NCBI GenBank assembly: GCA_002269645.1
Contig: NIVC01003005.1
Coordinates: forward strand, 1-64,000
Source of the DNA: Macrostomum lignano
Taxonomy: Eukaryota
Direction of reading: 5' to 3'
DNA length: 64,000 bases
The notes under the pieces are model-generated. The model was not told where the DNA came from and made no database searches. It saw nothing but the letters and a program-made list of their open reading frames with translations. This document shows positions 56,660 through 64,000 of this stretch, piece by piece (the stretch's first letter is position 1; the number at the start of each line of letters is the position of its first letter). A program made the position numbers and the translations under genes.

Positions 56660-57060
56660 TGACAACACCCCACTTCCGGTTCATCAATGAGTTGACAACA
56701 CCCTACTTCCGGTTTAACAATGAGTTGACAACACCCGACTTCCGGTTTAACAAGTTGAAGGAGTTGACAACCCCTACTTCCGGTTCATAAATGAGCTGAG
56801 AACATTCTACTTCCGGTTTATCGATGAGCTGAGAGCATCCTACTTCCGGTTTATCGATGAGCTGAGAACATCCTACTTCCGGTTTATCGATGGGCTGAGA
56901 ACATCCTACTTCCGGTTTATCGATGGGCTGAGAACATCCTACTTCCGGTTTATCGATGGGCTGAGAACATCCTACTTCCGGTTTATCGAGGGGCTGAGCA
57001 TCCTACTTCCGGTTTATCGAGGGGCTGAGCATCCTACCTACTTCCGGTGTATCGCTGGGT
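56660..57060. repeat. ~33-bp minisatellite CTACTTCCGGTTTATCGATGAGCTGAGAACATC
   Basis: 12 copies of the invariant core ACTTCCGG. Confidence 0.93.
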
Positions 57061-57664
57061 TCACAACATCCTATACTTGTCAAGTTCTTGTCAAATACTG
57101 GTCACATCCCATAGTTGTCGAAATTCTACTTTCCGTCCACCATGGGAATTGTTAAGGTAAAGTTTCAGCTGTGGAAACTTCTACATGTAACTGTTATGCT
57201 ACAGGTGCGATGACAGGTAGACTACGCAATGCCATGAAAGAAGAATTCTAATGTAAAAACTCCGGCAATTCGATTCAGTAATAAAGCCATTAATTAGAAA
57301 CTACAATACAAAATGATACGAGATTTACTGACACAGGCAACATGAATAATAAATAATAAATGCAACTACCTAGTTTGATGCGGGATCTTTCTTGTTGAAC
57401 CACTCGGCAATGCTGTACATGGGAGACTCATTCTAATTCCAAATTTATTACAATATGCTAGCTAAAAATGGCGCTATTTACGAGCTAAAATCGAGCTTAA
57501 AACAAAGATACTGAGTTACCGAGCATCAAATATGGGTACTTGTGTAGGACAGATTGATAAATCAGACTGTCTCGGTTGATTTACAAGTGCAAAAAATAGG
57601 GATAGGGACTTTTTAAGTATGCTGTGAATCTTTAGGACTTAGAAACTAGATAAATCCATATGAG

Positions 57665-58070
57665 ACACCAGGATACTCAATAAGGGGCACTAAGATACTC
57701 AATATGGGATACTAAGATACTCAATAAGGGATGCTAAGATACTCAATAAGGGACACTAAGATACTCAATAAGGGACACTAAGATACTCAATAAGGGGCAC
57801 AGATAATAAGGGACACTAAGATAGTCAATAAGGGACACTAAGATAGTCAATAAGGGACACTAAGATAGTCAATAAGGGACACAGATAATAAGGGACACTA
57901 AGATACTCAACACGACACTAAAAGGCTCAATAATAGACAGGAAAGGACATAAGGTAATTCACTAAAAAGTACATCACACAACGAAGCTCGACAAGGCTCA
58001 AAAAGGACATAAGGTAATTCACTAAAAAGTACATCACACAACGAAGCTCGACAAGGCTCAAAAAGGACAA
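57665..58070. repeat. 22-bp minisatellite TAAGGGACACTAAGATACTCAA, followed by a 60-bp tandem duplication
   Basis: 22-mers at 57665-57910; 60-bp duplication at about 57943-58070. Confidence 0.9.
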
Positions 58071-58129
58071 TAGAAGATTCGATAAAAGACACCGCGAGAC
58101 TGAATCAAAGTCACAATAACAGCCAATCG

Positions 58130-58873
58130 TCAAGGCTTGTACCGTATAAAAGCGGTGCGGCCGCTCCTAGCGTAGCAAACATCGCACAGCCATTCGGCGA
58201 AGATCTCCTGACGCAGCATGCGCCAAGCGTCCGTAGTCAGCTGAGTGCACGCTCGATGGTACCAGTACTTGCACGACGCCTCGCACTGGATGCTCTCGTC
58301 TGTGTCGGCAATTTCAAATCGACAAGCGCCGCACAGAAATACGACTGGAGCGTTGACGCTGCCGCCGGTGTACAGCATCGCCGGCTGGCCCGGGTGCGGG
58401 TGCGGGTGCGGCGGCATCGGCTGCTGACGCCGGTGCTGCAGCTGCTGCTGTTGAGGCCCGTGAGGGTACTCCATAGCTGGGCCCGGCCCGTAGGCCACCC
58501 CAACGGGTGGTCCACCGGCAAGGTTGCCGCTGCTGCCTCCTCCTCCGCCGCCACCGCCAGAGGCTGCCGCTGCTGCAGCCGCCGCGGCCGCCGCTGCCGC
58601 AGCAGCAGCCGCAGCGTGACCGTTGTGCTGGCTGGGATATCGAGGCGGCTGCTGCTGCATCATCATCATCTGCTGTTGCTGCTGCGGATGCGTCGGCGGC
58701 ATCATGGGAGGTCCGCCAGGCGGCAGGTGATGATGGGGCAGCGGTGGTGGCGGCTGCTGCTGCTGCTGACCTGGCGGAGGCGGCGGCGGGCCGCCCGGAT
58801 GTCCACCTGGTGCGGCCGCGGCGGCGGCTGCTGCGGCGGCTGCCTGGTGAGCAGCGGCGCTGGCGACTGGCAT
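58130..58873 (-). CDS. PYGO: Pygopus-like PHD-finger protein
   Basis: C-terminal PHD FLCGACRFEIADTDESIQCEASCKYWYHRACTQLTTDAWRMLRQEIFAEWLCDVC matches the Pygopus pattern (CEASC..W.H..CT.[LM]T..A...L..E...W.CD.C). The N-terminus is Pro/Gln/Ala-rich. Confidence 0.85.
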   Translation of the reverse strand: MPVASAAAHQAAAAAAAAAAAPGGHPGGPPPPPPGQQQQQPPPPLPHHHLPPGGPPMMPPTHPQQQQQMMMMQQQPPRYPSQHNGHAAAAAAAAAAAAAAAAAASGGGGGGGGSSGNLAGGPPVGVAYGPGPAMEYPHGPQQQQLQHRRQQPMPPHPHPHPGQPAMLYTGGSVNAPVVFLCGACRFEIADTDESIQCEASCKYWYHRACTQLTTDAWRMLRQEIFAEWLCDVCYARSGRTAFIRYKP

Positions 58874-59024
58874 TGCTTTATGGGCAACGATTTATGAGAA
58901 GAGCTCGACAAGTAAAAAATGCGAACTTAGCGACTGGTGCTGAGGCGACGCGGCTGGAAAATGGCATGCGGATTGGGTTCGCTGCTATAATACCCTAAGC
59001 CAATGTGTTGCTAGGACACGATGA

Positions 59025-59210
59025 TAATGCTTCGCTAACACACCCTAATCGGTTGCTAACACACCCTAATCGGTTGCTAACACACCCTAATCGGTTGCTA
59101 ACACACCTTAATCGGTTGCTAAGACACCTTAATAGGTTGCTAAGGCACCTTAATCGGTTGCTAACACACCTTAATCGGTTGCTAACACACCTTAATCGGT
59201 TGCTAAGACA
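59025..59210. repeat. 21-bp minisatellite GGTTGCTAACACACC(C/T)TAATC
   Basis: About 9 copies between RBX1 and Pygopus. Confidence 0.93.
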
Positions 59211-59770
59211 CAGGCGTACACGTTACAGGCGTGCGGTCACGGTCAAGAAAATTTTACTAACAGAATCAAAGTTTTATAACAAATTGAATTGACACTACAG
59301 ACGGAGGAAATGCATAGCCGCTGTCTATTTTTCAATACGTTAGGCAAATAAAATGCATAGAATTCAACTTAAAAAAACAGCTACAAACTTAAGGAAGGCC
59401 AAGATTGTAAACAATACAATAGTTTACGCAAAAAATTATTAGCGGGGAGATCTGTTAACAAGAGGTTTTGAGCTGACTTGTGATTGAGTACTACTACAAA
59501 TTTATTATTATTTGTTAACGCAGAATACCTGGGGTTAAAAAAAAGTCACCAATATTTTGCCCATTTTTTCTATGCAAGAACCGGACCTCTTGAGGCGGAA
59601 GATTTTAAAATATTCGATGAATTTACTACACAGAGACCTATTAGTATTAAAGTTATTTCGATTGTCTAATTAAAGTCCAAGAAGTAGGTGAAAACGAAAA
59701 GAAAGCTTCATTGCTTCAATCAAGCAAGCAGTTTAAAGTAGTTAGAGTTGCGCAAACACTAATTAATCAA

Positions 59771-60145
<375 letters not shown>

Positions 60146-60385
60146 CTAGTCGCTTAAGAATGAATTCTATAATCGATTCTATGCTGAAATATGCAATGCT
60201 TTTAACTAATTAAAAAGTCCATAGACAAAAATTCTGCCTTTAAATTAGACTCTTACTAAAATTAATCAATAATATCTTCTTGAATCTCAACTCATAGGAG
60301 GCAGAACGGTGTTCAACTTTTGGCGTTTCCCATAATGTTGCAATCATTATTCTTCATTACAGCGGTCACACTGCTGTGTCACAAA

Positions 60386-60595
60386 ATGAGCAGTGAGCAG
60401 AGAATCAATCTCAACTTTTTTATGCAGTCATCAGAATATCATTAGCTTCTTTGTGAGGTCTACGGAGATGATGCAATGTCTCAGACAAGAGTGTATGATT
60501 GATGCCTTACCAACCACCTTACCCTCACATGGCCAAGGATCCGATAAGAAGCATTCTAATCGAAGATTTCAACATAAGGAAGCTGTGCACTAAGA
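60386..60595 (+). mobile_element. Mariner transposase N-terminal (HTH) relic
   Basis: MSSEQRINLNF...*LLCEVYGDDAMSQTRVYD* and IRSILIEDFNIRKLCTK resemble mariner EQRxNIKF...xVYGDxAMSRTxVxEW and ILxEDLxMRKxCA; contains stops. Confidence 0.65.
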
Positions 60596-60775
60596 AAGAT
60601 GACACCAAAGATGGCGCACAAGACATTTTTAGTTAGGCAACTCCTCGAGACCACCCCATTCATAAGTGTCGCGACTTTATTTGTCACTTCTTAAGTTAAC
60701 TTTCACTTGTCTGTTTATTCTGTTTTCTCTCCCTCTCTGTCCAGCTCAAATATTGTTATTCCCCCTCTCTCCCCA

Positions 60776-61330
60776 GGAGTACGACGTATGCTTGCGGGAA
60801 GTTTTCTTGCCGAACTTTGCTTGCAGAAATTTTGCTTGCCGAACTTTGCTTGCCGAATTTCGCTTGCCAAACTTTGCTTGCGGAATTTTGATGTCTGCTT
60901 CCTAGAAATTTGCAATCACAATTGCAAGGTTTTAACTTGCCGAATTATTTTCTTGTCTGTTTGCTTGTGAAGTTGGTCAGTCAACTACAGATGCTTTGCA
61001 AGTGGATTCTTATCAGCGTCGAAGTAAACTGACTTGACACTAAGCTTTCAAACTCGGCTTATAGAGTTTCATTCTAAGTATTTATTATAAAGAATGATTA
61101 GAGATTTAGTATAGGTAGATAGGGATCGGTAACAGCATAAATCTTTGTAGTTCCTGATTTCCACAAGAAAACTTTGGCTGGCAAACCACGGCAAGCTCAT
61201 GTGCAGCAAGCATATTTCCTGCAAGCAAAATTCGGCAAGCAAAATTCCGCAAGCAAAGTTTGGCAAGCAAATTTCCGCAAGCAAACTTCGGCAAGCAAAC
61301 TTCTCGCAAGCAAATTCATAGACCCCTCTC
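60776..61330. mobile_element. Foldback/MITE-like element with inverted arrays of ~15-bp subrepeats
   Basis: Left arm (TTTGCTTGCCGAA-type) repeats at about 60790-60890 mirror right arm (GGCAAGCAAAATTC-type) repeats at about 61200-61320; imperfect termini. Confidence 0.65.
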
Positions 61331-61679
61331 CCTCGCTGCCTTCTGATTGGCTCTCCATTCTCGCCCCTCTCCTCAGTCGCACACTCCATCCCCCTAATTC
61401 ACTCAACACTACCCCTCCCCTCCTCTAGGTTATTGACATAAATAAACCTGTTTGGGCCTTGAGCCTCACTTACTGTTTACTGTCTGTTTTGCATTCAACT
61501 CTAATTAGGTATTCTCTCAATTCAAACAGTATTTTATTATTTTCTTTACATGGCACCCAATTTAAAATAGAACTCAATATGTAGTTTATTAAGTGCCAAA
61601 TAGGCTGACTGGATTTGTTCGTCACAGTCGAACGCATCATCTCGTCATCCCATCATCATCGCTTATCGTCTTGTCTGCC

Positions 61680-62330
61680 GGCCTCTCCTCGCCTCATGTG
61701 TGCCGTGCGATGCGCTTGTAACAAGCTGGGGAGTGAGTGCGAGAGTCTGGCTGACCTTGTCCCCTCGTATTTCGTCTACACAGCCCGATGGTCTCACTAC
61801 GAGCATGTACAAGACTTGCCGGACCTACAGAGTCACCGCTTTCTCCGTCGTGTGGAGACTCGCTGGTCCAGCTATTGCTTGTAATTAACCAACCGCGAGA
61901 GTTTGTTCTAAAGTGCAACAGCTGACAGCCTCGAGAAGAAGCAGGTTCAACAAATTTGTGAGCTGCTCTAGAACAAGGAAGTAGAGTTTGACTTTCTGTT
62001 TCTTCAATCCATCTTACCAATTCTTGACACGTTTGAGAAGCATTTTCAGCAGAGAACAATCCTAATTCACTCAATGTACATCTGAGCTGCTTTGTTCAAC
62101 TGGACTACATGAGTACCAATGCATCTCCCTTGACAACCCTGAAACTTGACTTTGAGCACTGTGTCTCTAACTCCAAAATTTTTGTTGGTAAGAGGCCAAG
62201 TCCTTGCTTCAGCATTTAGCAATGCCCCATGAGATCCAGAAGCAATACTTTGCTTGAGCAAGGCAATTCTACATGGCACTTGCAACTTTCCTGCAATCAC
62301 ACTATTGTGTTGTGCACTTTCGCAGTGCAA
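61680..62330 (+). mobile_element. Decayed hAT-like transposase
   Basis: Fragments CACNKLGSECESLADL...YEHVQ...FLRRVETRWSS and FLFLQSILPILDTFEKHFQ...LIHSMY...KIFVG resemble hAT catalytic-domain motifs (TRWxS); multiple stops and frameshifts. Confidence 0.6.
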
Positions 62331-64000
62331 ATGCACCTTGCCCTCCCAGACAGTTTGGGTCACCCCTGTTTGCATCCATTTTTTGTTATCACCCCTTCTG
62401 AAAAGAGTCTGTAAAGGCAAATGCCTTTCTAAGCAAATACCATAGAAAAAATCTGGCCCTGCAGATGGAAAAAAGAATCTAGAAAAGGCTGAGGATAATC
62501 TGGCTAAGAAAAAGTGCAAATTAGAGGCCAAGCAATGAAGCATATGCATATGACAATTGACTCAAGTTTATAGAACATGGATTCAGAAGGATTAATTCAG
62601 GGGCTGCTAAAAGAAATAAGGCTAGATATTAAATGTGCTTCTAGTAGTGAATATAACTAAACATTTTCATACAAGCTTAATCCTTGATCTGCATCAAAAA
62701 CTTATCTAGCATAAACTCATTAAACCACTAATTAGCACAATTAACAGAAACAAGTGACTGATTAAATAGTAAGGTAGGCATATTATTGATTGAAATATTT
62801 GTATTTAATACTACTTGGTGTTTGAATGAGTTTTATTATATATTTGAATTGAATCAAATCAGTTCAAAAATTTTTTTTTGTCTTATCTTTAGGCTTAGGC
62901 CTACTATACAGAAATTATAGTATCAATATAATGTTTGATATTAATTGTCAAATTTAAACTAACAATGCTAAACATTCATCATTATTTCTAAAGACAATAT
63001 AGAAGGTTAACATATTAATAAATAAAATTTAAGAAGATCATAAACTAGTCTAATGCAAGTACAAACTACTTTGGCAATAGAGATTCACCATAGACAAATT
63101 TGGCAAAAGAGACTTTAGTAACAATCTAGTCAAGTTTAGCAATAATAATAAAATTATAATTATGGATAATTGCTAACCTAACCTATTAGGTAACAAACAA
63201 ATTCATTGACAAAAACTCACTATGCCTGGCCTATAGACAAATTTAGCAAAAGCAAATATTCAACAATAATCTAATAATAAAATTTGTCAATAATGTCAAT
63301 GAAAAAGCAATTATATATAATTATTAACCAATTTTGTAACAACCAATTTTAGATTAACTCAAGACAAATTTAGCAGAAATAAATTTGGCAATAGGCCTTA
63401 ATCTAGCTAGTCAGATACAATTTATATTAATATATTATAATCTTAATGCTATTTACATATTTTATTAAATATAAATCAAATACATATGAATATAGTGTGA
63501 CTATTACCATTTTGACTAAAAATATTATCTTTTTGAATGTCACCTTTTTGATTGTCACATTTTTGATCTATTGCCTTTTTGACTTATAGCCATATGATAA
63601 GCTTAGGCCTATCTAGAGGTGCTAGTCATTTTATCTACTAATACTAAATAGTTAGTCTATTAGGTACACAAAAGTTTTTTTTCTAAAACTGTTTGTCTAT
63701 TAGGAAATAGGATGAAGATATAGAGTAAGATATAAAGCTACCTAACAACCTTCTCATTTGCTGAAATGCTTTAGGGATATTGGTTTCCTCAAAAATGATA
63801 AATGCTATCTATGCATTATAGGCCTACTAGGGACTCCTGGTCTCCTGGGACTATCAATTTTTAAATACATGCCCCAAAAATTCTTAGTGTCATTGATAGC
63901 ATACAAGTTACTAGATAAGAATGGTTTTACAAGCTTGTAGAGAGCATGGAAATATGATATGCAACAACTCTAGATTTTAAATGAAAGCTTCTTAACAAAT

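Noticed and set aside
62067-62549. 160-aa minus-strand ORF as a gene
   Set aside because: Antisense to the decayed hAT transposase; no recognisable motif.

Overview
Eukaryotic (metazoan) genomic DNA with GC-rich exons, AT-rich spacers and introns packed with about 30 different minisatellites. This architecture, plus a two-DBD nuclear receptor, suggests a flatworm such as Macrostomum (inference, not proven). Eight protein-coding genes are supported. On the + strand: a spliced 2DBD nuclear receptor (8144-19966), an unassigned neuropeptide precursor (22797-23399) and a small Tim8-like protein (55681-56055). On the - strand: ICA69/ICA1 (26472-31170), a divergent A/B-type cyclin (34340-40675), RING1/RNF2 (43028-44755), a Pygopus-like PHD protein (58130-58873) and RBX1 (59771-60124). 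Two genes each need one extra base to restore the frame, most likely assembly errors. Mobile-element content includes hAT, mariner and LINE relics and several MITE-like inverted repeats. The most unusual object is a 298-bp hAT-type MITE (14-bp TIRs, 8-bp TSD) in a cyclin intron. It carries a 64-nt copy of the 28S rRNA segment targeted by R2/Pokey/I-PpoI, with mismatches concentrated at the cleavage site. All exon boundaries were inferred by eye from GT-AG sites, reading-frame phase and remembered family motifs; no database search was run.
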